NCBI RefSeq assembly: GCF_003918875.1
Contig: NW_025766214.1
Span: 1,054,001-1,118,000 of the forward strand
Direction: 5' to 3'
Source: Haliotis rubra
Taxonomy: Eukaryota
Length of the DNA stretch: 64,000 nt
The notes beneath the pieces were generated by a model that did not search any database, had not been told where the DNA came from, and worked only from the letters and a program-made list of their open reading frames with translations. This document shows, piece after piece, positions 9,201 to 22,700 of the stretch. The stretch's first letter is position 1, and every line of letters begins with the position of its first letter. Position numbers and translations under genes: made by a program.

Positions 9201-10691
9201 ATGCTCAGTATGTTGTTCACGGACATTCCGACAACGCTTCTCACTTGTGGTGTCGGTGCCCTCATGCTGTGGCTGACGTTCCGGAGACCGCCAGGGACAC
9301 CCCCTGGACCAGGCTTCCCCTTACCACTTCTCGGCCATTTGCTGTCCATTGGGAAAGATCCGAAGAAGAAATTTCGAGAATGGCACAAACAATATGGCGA
9401 CATTTTTAGTGTGTACATTGGTAATCGGTTAGTGATCGTCATGAATGGTTATGAGGTCTTAAAAGATGCTTTTGTGAAGCACGGTGATGTTTTCTCAGAC
9501 CGTCCTCATGTTTTCGTGATTGATGAGATAAGCAACGGCATGGGCGTGCTGGGAACATCCGGGCAAGTCTGGAAGGAACAAAGGCGGTTCACGCTGTCCA
9601 CGCTGAGAGACTTTGGTATGGGCAAGAACATGCTGCAGGTGAAGATTAACGAAGAATCAGCCTCGTTTCTTGAGGCTATTGCAGAGATGAAAGGACAGAA
9701 GTTTGATTTCCGAGATTTGACACACACGGCGGTTTCCAACATCATCACATCTGTAGTGTTTGGCAAAAGATTTGTCTACGGGGACAAATTCTTCAAGGAG
9801 CTGACTTCTAGAATTGATGAAAACCTTCAGTCAGCAGGAGCAACAGCCGGCTTGAACTTCATTCCTCTTGCTCGGTATATTCCGGGAGACCCATTCAAGT
9901 TTAAGAGGACGTTGGCGAATCTGGCGTTCTTTGTTACTAATCTGACAAAACCGTCTGCAGCTGAACATTTGAAAGACTATGATGAGTCGAACATTGGTGA
10001 TTATGTATCAGCTTACATTAGAGAGATCAAGCGGAAGGAGAGTGAAAACATCGAGTCGTCCATTAATTTCGATAACCTGGAAAAAGTGATTGGTGATTTG
10101 TTCGTTGCTGGAACTGAAACCACTGCCACTACTATAAGATGGGCAGTTCTACTGTTCTTGAAATATCCAGAAATTCAAGAAAAATGTTTCCAAGAAATTA
10201 AGACGAACATCGGTCAAGAGAGGTTGCCAGAGATGTCGGACAAGCTGAAGTTACCCTATGTTGAAGCAACTATAGCTGAGGTACAGAGAGTGGCCAACAT
10301 CATCCCCGTGTCAGTCTGGCACAGTGTCCCGTATGACATACAATTCAGGGGCTACACATTCCGTAAAGGAGTAACTATAGTGCCCAACATTGACTCTGTG
10401 CTCATGGACCCTGAAATCTTCAAAGATCCAGAGAGGTTTCAGCCAGAGAGATTTTTGGCTGACAATGGAAAGTTTGTGAAGCCCGATGAGTTCATTCCCT
10501 TCTTTCTGGGCAAGCGGGTTTGTCTTGGGGAATCCCTGGCAAGGATGGAGCTCTTCCTTTTCATCACAGCATTAATTCAACGTTTCGAGTTCCAACAACC
10601 TGGAGATGAGCAACCACCAACTATGGAGGCTGTGCCAGGAGTAACGTTTGCCCCTCGGCCATTTAAGTTCATTGCGGCTCCTAGAGTCTGA
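9201..10691 (+). CDS. Cytochrome P450, CYP2-clan-like, single exon (496 aa)
   Basis: TM anchor, PPGP, WKEQR, AGTETT, EVQR, PERF, FFLGKRVCLG; clear paralogue of 5775..7262. Confidence 0.96.
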   Translation: MLSMLFTDIPTTLLTCGVGALMLWLTFRRPPGTPPGPGFPLPLLGHLLSIGKDPKKKFREWHKQYGDIFSVYIGNRLVIVMNGYEVLKDAFVKHGDVFSDRPHVFVIDEISNGMGVLGTSGQVWKEQRRFTLSTLRDFGMGKNMLQVKINEESASFLEAIAEMKGQKFDFRDLTHTAVSNIITSVVFGKRFVYGDKFFKELTSRIDENLQSAGATAGLNFIPLARYIPGDPFKFKRTLANLAFFVTNLTKPSAAEHLKDYDESNIGDYVSAYIREIKRKESENIESSINFDNLEKVIGDLFVAGTETTATTIRWAVLLFLKYPEIQEKCFQEIKTNIGQERLPEMSDKLKLPYVEATIAEVQRVANIIPVSVWHSVPYDIQFRGYTFRKGVTIVPNIDSVLMDPEIFKDPERFQPERFLADNGKFVKPDEFIPFFLGKRVCLGESLARMELFLFITALIQRFEFQQPGDEQPPTMEAVPGVTFAPRPFKFIAAPRV

Positions 10692-13600
10692 TTAATGTTG
10701 GGTGTTTCTATGTACACTGATATTGATGTTAAGTGAACAAGTGGGATTGTGTAGGTTAGTTTTAGCACTGTTTTTTAATATATTTCTGTATATCACAGCT
10801 AACCAACTTAGGACAGCCCAAGTGAAACAAGTTGTGCACATTTACACTTCCTGAAACATAATTATATGTATGTAATGATCTAAACAGGTAATAATCTAGT
10901 CCAAGGAACTATGCAATATAACTGTTGCAACAAAGAAACTTTCCTTCTTACAAAATGCACTAAATTCTGAATCGAACCTTGAAAGTATGTTAATCCAGAT
11001 GATGAGTTTGACCATATCACATTTGTCTGTTTGACAGTGTCCTTTGTCCGAATAGAGCACAGAATCCATTTTTGGGAAAAAAAGCAAGACTGCAAAATAT
11101 ATTGCAGTGAATGGGACCTCTTGCCTACCTGCGCCCCATATGTCATCTTGACCAATACTGGAAAACCTTTCTTTATTATGTCAGTGGTATGTCATTTATT
11201 ATGTCAGTGAAATGATCTATGTTCGTGAGATTATAGAACCAAACAAATTGTAATACTAGACCTACACCAAGCATAACTTCACACATGGCATTCCAGCCAG
11301 CAATCAAAGAATGAGAAATTATTATTGCAACATCCCAAACATTTTTAACTGAAGGTCACTTCATAATGAATATGTGCCATTCTGTATTGCTGCACCTATA
11401 CTGAAAACACTTAATCATGGTATGAATATTGACATGCTGAAGGTCAGAGACTTTGGACTGATGACAGGAGCAATGATTGTAATATGAACTATGAACTGTG
11501 AGGTTGATTAACACCTGGTATCATCTTCAATTGATAGTGATTAACACCATCATAATCAACTGATAGTGATTCATAAACACATTCATGAGAACCATACAAT
11601 GGACTCTTTTCTTAGCAAATTTCCTCTGATTATGGAAAGGCTTTATGTAACCCATCCTCAACAAACAGCCCAGGCGAGTGAACCAGGATTGCTGCCAGAA
11701 TATCTATTTTCATAATATACGGAGATTAGTCATTTTTTATGTTTAGAAACTTTGACTGATGTGTGTACATTGTAAGATTGAAAAATATTGTGTTATCTTT
11801 TATAATTGATAAAAAATAATGGAAACTATTGTGATACATTATTGATACATTATACAGATAAGGTATATGATATTAAGGTATGACCACTTACCACAACTAC
11901 TTATTAGAGGATTTTAGTGATATCATAACATGTTATCATAGTGTGGGTAAGAATGTCCAATGTGACTTAGGGTTTCGACATTTCCAACTTTGGTGCAGCC
12001 CATGAGCACATGTATGATGTCGTGATGAAGGCAGTCTGAAATTAAAAGTAATGATCACCAGGTCCTTACACAACTAAGGGATGCAACCCCACCCTTTGAG
12101 TTGCTGCATGACATTATTCCATGTTTCTTCACAAGCTTTGTATCACACAGCTGGGGAAGAAACCTGGAAAAATATAAAGGAACACTTGTGCTTTCATGTG
12201 ATCCCTTATTTGTTCCCTCCGTATATATGGTGAGTAATGTAATGTGTATGTTTAGAAAATTTGACCGATGTGTGTATGTAGTAAGATTGAAAATATTTTG
12301 TAATTTTTATAATTACTAAAAAATAATACAAACTATTGCTGCATGGCATATGACACATCACATTATTCCACAGCTGTTTCAAGTCGCATGTTCCCCCTAT
12401 TACGTAAAACATACTTACACGACAGTAAGTCCATGATATGATGATGACTACCACACAAACACAAAGTGTGTATTAAAATTTATTGGCTCCATTAATGTAC
12501 AATTATTTACATTCAATATAAGCACATTGCAATAATTTACACATACTGCCAAATGTCAAACGTGTTTGACAAGTGACACCGAATCACATACACAATAGTT
12601 GAATTTCCCACACCTGATTTAGTTGTTTGGACATTCTTTCTTCTCAATAAAAGCAACTAAATCTAACCACCTACATGGGAGCAAATAACCCAAGTATATG
12701 TTTTAACCAACTGAAACATATGTAAAGCATTCTTAAAATTTAAATCAATTATCCTAACCACTAAAACCTGACAATCAAACAAATATGATCATAATTAGAA
12801 TGTTCTTAAACTTATAATCAAGAGAGTTTTTCATAATCAAAACTAGCAATTATTTTGGTTATCAAAAAATCACTCACAAAAATGATATCCACTAAAACTG
12901 ATACTGAGGAAAAGAAACATTATTCACTTGAGTATAATATTGTAACACAAATAACTGTTGACATCAGCACAAATGAAACACTAAGATGCATTACAATACT
13001 GTTTACATTGTCATAACTTTGGATATAACTATGATACAATCAGCACCAATCAGACAGGTTCTGTAACTACATGTGGTAATATCCAGTATAACTCCATACC
13101 AAGTACAAGAACTGTGAACATCTTTATCTGTGTGGGTATGAAATATACTGCAGATTAGGAGGGAATAAAGTCAATATTTCCTGAAGAAGAACCTGAAAAC
13201 TAAAATGACAGACAACCCAGAGTTACCATGTTAGATATTTTCTGGGCATATTATGATAGGAAATCCGTCATATAATATTTGAAACCCAAACCAGTATTTC
13301 ATCCTTTTTCACATAATTTTGTTATAATTACCCAAAGAAAAAACATACATGGATGAAATTTACCAATTATGTTGTGGTATGACTGAAATATTTACCTGTT
13401 TCCCTTTGTCAGAAAGTAATGTTGATATCAAACTACATAGTTTTATCACATGAGTATACTGACTTTAATCCTTCCATAGTTAAACATACATGAAACGATG
13501 AATTAACTGCACACTCTGGCTACTGTGGTATTATACTCAACATAAAAAGTTCCAAGTCCCAAACACTATCAGATTGTTGGTTCCTCCCTGGAGTTCATCA

Positions 13601-13897
13601 TAACCTAGGTGGTACCATAATCATCAATATGCAATTCCTTTCCATGTCATCTCTCTATTTCTTGTATGGGGTGTGAGTGACTGATAACAGTTTTATGCCC
13701 CTTTCAGTGATATTCAGCAATATCCTATAGGGAACACCAGAAATGGGCCTTACTTATCATACCAATGTGGGAATCAAACCTGGGTCATTAGTGAGACGAG
13801 CAACCACTTTAACCACTAGGCTACCCTTGTCATACAATGTCCTACACATATATTGGTGAACACTACTGAAACAGCAAATTAAGTGGGTCAAATATGA

Positions 13898-14059
13898 GTG
13901 AGTGAGTATGGTTTTACGCCGCTTTTAGCAATATTCCAGCAATATCAAGGCAGGGGACACCAGAAATGGGCTTCACACATTGTACCCATGTGGGGAATCG
14001 AACCCGGGTCTTTGGTGTGACGAGTGAACGCTTTAACCACTAGGCTACCCCACCGCCCC
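13898..14059 (-). mobile_element. tRNA-derived SINE family A, full length (~160 bp)
   Basis: Head GGGGCGGTGGGGTAGCCTAGTGGTTAAAGC, anticodon-like GTC loop, B box GGTTCGATTCC; 13-bp TSD GGGTCAAATATGA. Confidence 0.9.
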
Positions 14060-14600
14060 GGGTCAAATATGAAACAGTATAATCAAATGTCCTCAAATCT
14101 GACTCTGCAAAACCCCGGTTTTAATCATGTTGAGTACAATATCTAGTTGTCGGACGGTGTACAACTCAGGTAATTCCGCTCTACTAACAAGTACATGAAA
14201 CAAGTCATCACCTGGTGGTTGTATCTTTGGTTTGTAAATCTGTCACATCAAACATGGGACATAATGAGATATGGCCTCAGAAACAAAATAAAATAGCAGT
14301 GTGCTGGTTTCATGTGGGTGGAAACCCCAGAGTAATAGTGAGTGAGTGAGTTTAGTTTTATGCCGCTTTTAGCAATAGTCCAGCAATATCATGGCAGAGG
14401 ACACAAGAAATCTAGAGTAATAGAGTTAAAAAATGTGTGAACTCATTGTCAAAACAGAAGCATACTAATGGTCTGACTCTTTGAACAAGTGGCAGATCCT
14501 TGTTTCTAATGTACGCTACTCTGCACAGCGCAATGCTTAGACCCCAAAACTCAAGAAAAAAATCAATGCTTGCTGCTATATACATAATTCCTTGATGATA

Positions 14601-14758
14601 CAGTAAAACCTTTTACATCTGGACCTCATCAATCCGGAAACCTGGCATTCTGGTTGCTCTTTTGGTAATGCCTGTATACAACAACCTTACTTAGGATCAA
14701 TGATCCCTAATCCAAATATTATTCATCTTGATGTTTCTAAGGTTCTAAGGTTTTACTG
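14601..14758. mobile_element. Tc1/mariner-type MITE
   Basis: 12-bp TIR CAGTAAAACCTT/AAGGTTTTACTG with TA on both sides. Confidence 0.75.
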
Positions 14759-14995
14759 TATTTCAAATGATCAAAAGCAACAGTGAGACTACAGTTAACA
14801 GAGAGAAAGAATACGCATTGTGTGTCCCTATTACCACTTGCTGGTTTGAGCTGCAAATTTTGCTGAAAATGATGAAATGTTCAAAGAACAAAGCTTTCTC
14901 CATTCTGAATGTGGTTTGGAAAGAAGAGAAAACAGCATTCATCACTGCGTCAAACTTTGTGAAACTTTGGCCAAATCAGTCCTATTTTGGAAAGA

Positions 14996-15160
14996 CTGAC
15001 TGACTGAGTTTGGTTTTACGCCGCTTTTAGCAATATTCCAGTAACATCACGGCGGGGGACACCAGAAATGAGCTTCACACATTGTACCCATGTGGGGATT
15101 CGAACCCGGGTCTTTCGGCGTGACGAGCCAACGTCTTAACCACTAGGCTACCCCACAGCC
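14996..15160 (-). mobile_element. SINE family A, full length, (AGTC)n tail variant
   Basis: 15-bp TSD CCTATTTTGGAAAGA. Confidence 0.9.
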
Positions 15161-15366
15161 CCTATTTTGGAAAGAAATATACAGGGATGTCATTGTATAA
15201 AGTTCAGCACTGATATATCGACTAAAACATCACATTGATGCATCCATTACTACCAAATTAGTTATTCTGTATATATATAGACAACACTTTCCCATCATAA
15301 ACACTAATACTGATTATGAACTAGGCTGATGCGTCAAATGTTGACAGAATATTCTGCCTTTTTCTC

Positions 15367-15441
15367 TGTAATGTAACCATGTAATGTAACATGTAACCAT
15401 GTAATGTAACCATGTGATGTAACCATGTAATGTAACCATGT
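15367..15441. repeat. 13-bp tandem repeat (CATGTAATGTAAC)
   Basis: Direct inspection. Confidence 0.75.
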
Positions 15442-16849
15442 TAATATTACAAAACACAAACGTTACTGTGGCAGTGAATAATAAATTTAGTGTTGAAATT
15501 GATAAATTTGTGGAGACAGGATCACCATAAATCCTATATTCATATAAAGCTTCTGCAATACATGATATCTGTATTAATATATCATAACCTCATGACATTC
15601 TGCATAACATCTTATAATATCAAAAATATGTTATACAAGATATCATACACTACTCAAAAAATGATAAATGACATTTTTAATATAAGTGTTGTTTATGTAT
15701 ATTCTGGCAGATTAACTGTCGTAAAATGAAGAAACCCAGTGCTTATACCAGAAACAAATATTTCCGTTTATCGGTAATGGCAACGGAGAACAAACTCCTA
15801 TGTTAACACTGCTAAAGATTACGAAAAATATAACACATAGTTGATACGGTTATTTTAGACCTGGTAATGCCCTGAAAGTCGAGTTAATACCATGAGTGGT
15901 GGAGTTTATTAATGCATCTACAGTATCACTGTCCACATCTTTTCCCATGCTGCTCTGAACAAAAGTCACGACACAATTTACTGACAATGTACACATTAAG
16001 TCTGAAATCATGTCAATTTATAAAAGTCAAGGTTCCAGGGAGCTCTTGAAACTCCAAACCACACTTACACATCACAGAGAGGCTCCAATTTGCCAATTAA
16101 CAATGTCTATCACAGCATACTGATATGACAGCATCACTCTCCATAACCATACATCCATGTACTGGGACAGTTCACCAGGGTCATTTAACTTTGGGTCATC
16201 TTAATATCTTATCTTTAGACTGTATCAGTTGGTCAAACAATTAAGCCAGCTTTACAACAATAAATGTAATTAAAAAAGGGAAAAATCTTGTAAGAAATGT
16301 ACCTTTCTGTTCATCATTCCAGACACGAATATCTTAGATATACTACTCATATTTTACAGGGATAAACAGATGCAATATGATTTAAATATACACTTGACAC
16401 ATTGTGACAATCAGTTTTGTGTATCACTGAAAGTTCACAATATCCCTAACAAAAGTGGAACAGCATAAAATGGCTTTATTAGAGGACATTGTTCAATGAG
16501 ACCTTGGGGGTTGGGGGGAGCAGATTCTTCCCAACACTGCTACAGAAGGTGACAATTTTAATTCACTTACCTATACTATTATAACAAAATGACCTGACAT
16601 CTGCTACAATTTAAAAAAGGTCGAGGAAATGATTGTTTCATATTTCTATATTTAATCTGCCATGCCATACATTAGAAAAATAATCTGACAATCATTTAGA
16701 AAGATGATAGAGGAATGCTTATGCACATATAGACACCTTGGAGACAAGAGATCAGAATTAACACATGACTTCAGTGATAAACTGTGGTTTCCTGGTTGTG
16801 TACAAGGCCAATGAGTAACTATAGACATATCCACATACAGTGAACAACT

Positions 16850-17065
16850 GAGTGAGTGAGTGAGTTTAGTTTTATGCCGCACTCAGCAATATTCCAGCTA
16901 TATGGCAGCGGTCTGTAAATAATAAAGTCTGGACCAGACAATCCTATGATCAACAGCATGAGCATCAATCTACGCAATTGGGATAGATGTGTTAACCCAG
17001 TCAGCAAGCCTGACCACCCGATCCCTTTTGTCGCCTATTGCGACAAGCATGGGTTACTGAAGACC
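16850..17065 (-). mobile_element. SINE-like family C, slightly 5'-truncated
   Basis: (ACTC)n tail; 8-bp TSD GAACAACT. Confidence 0.8.
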
Positions 17066-17736
17066 GAACAACTAGCTGAATGTGCTGAATGAATACAAAG
17101 TATACTGTAATGTCCCACACCAACACTGGTCACAAACAAATCAATCGCAAGGGACAAGAACATAAACATAAGCCGACATAATTATTGAAATGAAAGACAA
17201 AAGAAATTATGCAGGTTCTCATGATTAGGATTGGTGTACCGTACTGGTTGCAGTTGCCGTAGCAGCACTTCAATATGGAGCAGCAATGGACACCACTCAA
17301 ATGAGAAAACAATTGTGAGTCAATATTAGTTATTTTCATTACAGGCCAAACCAATTATAATTCACATTAATATTTTGCAAACATTACAAAATGCCAGTAT
17401 GCAGGTGACAAAATGTTATTTAATGAAAATCATATAAATTAAACAAGTTTATTTTTGTAAAATATGGTCAAGTTGGCAGACTTTTCCATAACAAAAAATA
17501 AATTTGATCTGGCCTTAAAACAATCCATTGGGAACTGTTCATTTAGAATTGTAATTGCAAATAACTTAGAAGACGGCAGCTCATCAGTTGTGGCTGGTTG
17601 GTACTGCAAAACAGACGGAATTCCAATTGTGAGCATATCAATGTGTGACTGAGAATGTACAAAACACAGACTGACCTGAAGTGAGGGTTTTTGGTGACCC
17701 TCCCCAAATCTCTGTTGCAAACCTGCCTCTCAAAAT

Positions 17737-19770
17737 ATGACATGTCCCCAAACTTGAAGGCTAAAACAGCTGGTACATACACCCTACAAGAAGGATTCAA
17801 CATGATGACATGTCCCTAACCTTGTAGACTTAAATAGCTGGTACATACACCCTACAAGAAGGATTCAACATGATGACATGTCCCCAACCTTGTAGACTTA
17901 AACAGCTGGTACATACACCCTACAAGAAGGATTCAACATGATGACATGTCCCTAACCTTGTAGGCTTAAATAGCTGGTACATACACCCTACAAGAAGGAT
18001 TCAACATGATGACATGTCCCTAACCTTGTAGACTTAAATAGCTGGTACATACACCTCTACAAGAAGGATTCAACATGATGACATGTCCCCAACCTTGTAG
18101 GCCTGGTACATACATCCTACAAGAAGGATTCAACATGATGACATGTCCCTAACCTTGTAGACTTAAATAGCTGGTACATACACCCTACAAGAAGGATTCA
18201 ACATGATGACATGTCCCCAACCTTGTAGACTTAAATAGCTGGTACATACACCCTACAAGAAGGGATTCAACATGATGACATGTCCCCAAACCTTGTAGGC
18301 TTAAATAGCTGGTACATACACCCTACAAGAAGGATTCAACATGATGACATGTCCCTAACCTTGTAGACTTAAATAGCTGGTACATACACCCTACAAGAAG
18401 GATTCAACATGATGACATGTCCCTAACCTTGTAGACTTAAATAGCTGGTACATACACCCTACAAGAAGGATTCAACATGATGACATGTCCCCAACCTTGT
18501 AGACTTAAATAGCTGGTACATACACCCTACAAGAAGGATTCAACATGATGACATGTCCCCAACCTTGTAGACTTAAATAGCTGGTACATACACCCTACAA
18601 GAAGGATTCAACATGATGACATGTCCCTAACCTTGTAGACTTAAATAGCTGGTACATACACCCTACAAGAAGGATTCAACATGATGACATGTCCCCAACC
18701 TTGTAGACTTAAATAGCTGGTACATACACCCTACAAGAAGGATTCAACATGATGACATGTCCCCAACCTTGTAGACTTAAATAGCTGGTACATACACCCT
18801 ACAAGAAGGATTCAACATGATGACATGTCCCTAACCTTGTAGGCTTAAATAGCTGGTACATACACCCTACAAGAAGGATTCAACATGATGACATGTCCCT
18901 AACCTTGTAGACTTAAATAGCTGGTACATACACCCTACAAGAAGGATTCAACATGATGACATGTCCCTAACCTTGTAGACTTAAATAGCTGGTACATACA
19001 CCCTACAAGAAGGATTCAACATGATGACATGTCCCTAACCTTGTAGACTTAAATAATAGCTGGTACATACATCCTACAAGAAGGATTCAACATGATGACA
19101 TGTCCCTAACCTTGTAGGCTTAAATAGCTGGTACATACACCCTACAAGAAGGATTCAACATGATGACATGTCCCTAACCTTGTAGGCTTAAATAGCTGGT
19201 ACATACACCCTACAAGAAGGATTCAACATGATGACATGTCCCCAACCTTGTAGACTTAAATAGCTGGTACATACACACCTACAAGAAGGATTCAACATGA
19301 TGACATGTCCCTAACCTTGTAGACTTAAATAGCTGGTACATACACCCTACAAGAAGGATTCAACATGATGACATGTCCCTAACCTTGTAGGCTTAAATAG
19401 CTGGTACATACACCCTACAAGAAGGATTCAACATGATGACATGTCCCCAACCTTGTAGGCTTAAATAGCTGGTACATACACCCTACAAGAAGGATTCAAC
19501 ATGATGACATGTCCCCAACCTTGTAGACTTAAATAGCTGGTACATACACCCTACAAGAAGGATTCAACATGATGACATGTCCCCAACCTTGTAGGCTTAA
19601 ATAGCTGGTACATACACCCTACAAGAAGGATTCAACATGATGACATGTCCCCAACCTTGTAGGCTTAAACAGCTGGTACATACACCCTGCAAGACGTATT
19701 CAGCTCCAGCTAACATGAAGACATGTATCCAACCTTGTGGCTATTACAGCGTCAACATACAACCTTCAAG
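17737..19770. repeat. 68-bp minisatellite, ~29 near-identical copies
   Basis: Unit ATGACATGTCCCTAACCTTGTAGACTTAAATAGCTGGTACATACACCCTACAAGAAGGATTCAACATG. Confidence 0.96.
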
Positions 19771-20736
19771 AAGTATTCAGTACTAACTATCCCCTTTCCC
19801 CTTGTTATGCAAGCCATTGAGCACTACTAGGCATCAAGGCATATTCTCCAACCAGGCACTCTCTGTATCAGTAATATTTACAGCTGTCGCCTTGCAGCAG
19901 CCCTAGCATCTAAGGGAGGTAACTATGCCTTACTAACTACAACCTAAGCCACTCTGGTGTCAGGATTAGTAGCAAACACAATACTTAAACACTGTTTCAT
20001 AGGAATGCAAGTTTTGAGATGACTGTGTCTTTCAACACGACAACATTTCTCAGGAACTCTCTTTATACATAACTCATTAGTCTGATGAGGAAAGCTGCAA
20101 GATCAGTGGTACAATGGATGTATTTCTCCCTACCGTCAGGACACACCTCTTCCCATACTGATAAAGAAAGAACTAGGCCATACATTACAGATGTACCTAC
20201 AACCCAAAGCGTTAAATTCAATACAAATCATATTCATCTTTCACCAAAACACATGCTCAGTCATGAGATTCCTATGAACACTGATTTCCAAACCTACATC
20301 TAAAGTCAATTAATTTGTTGAAATGGCTTTATGGAATTTTGTTTTGTTCTTGGAATGTCAGTTGTCGAAAAAAACATTGTCCCAAGGTACAAGAATGTTG
20401 TCATTTTCTCTCCTCCCTCTGACTTAAACATTTCATTATGTATTTTGCAGTTTGCAAAGAATCTTTTTTTCAAAACAAACTCATGTGAGTGCAATTTTGC
20501 ATACATTTTTCCCCTTTTCTTCGTACCATTTGAGTCAGTGGTGTCAAAAATATCGGAAACCTCATTTCAGTTATATATTAATACAGCTATTTATCATGTC
20601 GATGGATCCATCGACCAAAAAGCCTTAGCATGACAAAACAACATTGTGTATACAATCACAGGGTCAACATGGAAAAAACTTGCATCAAGGTACAGATTGT
20701 CACTACCGAGGTCTTAACAGTGTATAAAAGAACCTG

Positions 20737-20843
20737 GGCCCCGTTTCACAAAGCTATCGTAGCACTAAGACTGTCAGACCTCCTATACTGTAGCATAGGC
20801 TTACGACAGTCGTAGCACTACGATAGCTTTCTGAAATGGGACC
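20737..20843. mobile_element. PIF/Harbinger-type MITE
   Basis: TIR GGCCCCGTTTCACAAAGCTATCGTAG / CTACGATAGCTTTCTGAAATGGGACC; TSD CTG. Confidence 0.8.
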
Positions 20844-22628
20844 CTGGAAGTGACAGTATATACCTTGAAGCTATTTTGCTCTGCATTACAAGCCCTGTAT
20901 GAACACTGATAACATCAGCATTTCACAATGTTCGTGAGTATCACCCACACTTATCTCCCCTTCCCAACAACTGGTTCCTGGCCATTTGTATGAAGTGTAA
21001 AAATTCTTTGGAAACAAACCAAGAAAGTTGTGATCTTGGACTCTTAACATCAAATATATAACACACTTAATCTTAATACACTATTATACCGTTACAATCC
21101 AATGGAAAACTAAAGATCATCAAATATATTCTCAGGTCACATCTGTCTTTACCAAATTAATCACATAGAATCATAACTAAGAATCATGTAAAATTGTACA
21201 CAAAATAGGTAAAACAGAATTAAATGTAATGTTTTTTTTCACATTTTTACAAAACATAACACTAAACCATTGGATATCAACACTGCATTATGAAAAGGAA
21301 AAATACTTTTATCTTGAAATCACACATTAAAATGAAGGTTTTCCATGTCAGAAATATTGAACTGTATCACTTCAGCCAACAAAGGATCCTTGGTCTGGGA
21401 CCAAGCAAACCTGTCTAAGCATCAAACCTGGCCACGTACAATCAGCCAGTTTCAGACCAGGCAAACCATTGCAAACATCAAGCTTCAATTAACAAGGTGG
21501 CAGAGGAAAGTTGTCACCAATAAATGGTCCATCAAGTTCCACCGACCACTGTGGCCAACAAATCTCCACTTTTATGACAAGTATGAAGGACATTTTATGA
21601 TAAGTACGGGGGAAAAGCTATTCTGCCCCTGACTGACCAGGGGCACTTAAAAATGAGGCACTTCTCTAAGATGATGTCTGAACGAACAACATAGATATAT
21701 CTGTGTTTGTATATACATGGTTTTCTTTGACTTCCTGTGCCTTGACAAAGTCTGATGGCGAGGCACCATAGCAAATACATTACATCTGAAAACAATCAAC
21801 AATGCTTGATATGTGATCGTCACATATAACAGTGGAGCTACCATAATAAATACACGAAGCCTCACATAACACCGACAACATAGGAAATGTAGGCTCAACT
21901 CAACTTTATGCATTTGTGGATTTTCAAAGGCTGATAGAATGGCAGAAGGGATGATAGGATTGTTCAAAATACAAAATATGTACGCTTAACAAGATCTGCC
22001 CATACATATATGGAACGTTGTATCCATTAGAATAAAGACTGAGAACACAAAACCCAAACTCCCACATCATTCTATATCACAAGATCAAGATGAACAAGAT
22101 GGTAATCGTGTACATGGGGTAGGAAAATAACACTGCACAAAAATAACAAGTTTGTTTCTCTCGACCATCAATGATCAAAGAAATAGGAGAAATTTTCGGA
22201 ATCGCAACATATTTGAAATGAAATCGCAACATACAACTGAAATCTAAATGCGAAAAGAATTCTGTAATGTTTCCTTGTATTTGTTTTTGAAAGGGAAAAT
22301 ACTGATTTTCTGTTCCATCGTTTTCTAATGTTTTAAAAACAAAACCTAAATCTCAATCATTTTCAACAACAGGGGATTGAGAAAACATTCCGCTAAGCTT
22401 TGATAACTTGGCACAAAGCCTTGATAGAGATCCACAGCAAGCCTCCAACTTCATAGTTGACAGCTATAACAAGAAAATTGGCAGCGGTCAGTCCACCTCC
22501 ATCACCGACCAACAACATTCAAGGCAAGGTAGCACCTTCAGAACGCAAGACAACACTCTCTCAGTTGATTGGATAAGGGTTTGGCTTGTTTGATCGGTGG
22601 AATCGCTTGTTGACCGCCATGCTTACTA

Positions 22629-22700
22629 TCATGTCTGGTCGCTCTTCTCGCTCGGCAATGCTCTTGGTTTTGCAAATTTTTCTGGGCTGGGTCTGGGTTT
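22629..22700 (-). CDS. CCDC6: CCDC6 exon 9 coding part ([23 protein letters not shown])
   Basis: cattttcag acceptor, phase 0; RPSP..KF motif resembles the vertebrate C-terminus; stop TGA. Confidence 0.78.
   Translation of the reverse strand, partial: KPRPSPEKFAKPRALPSEKSDQT

Noticed and set aside
13990-14059. tRNA-Asp-like gene
   Set aside because: This is the tRNA-derived head of a multicopy SINE with TSDs; no proper acceptor stem
17737-19770. CRISPR-like regularity
   Set aside because: Head-to-tail identical units with no unique spacers, no cas genes, eukaryotic context
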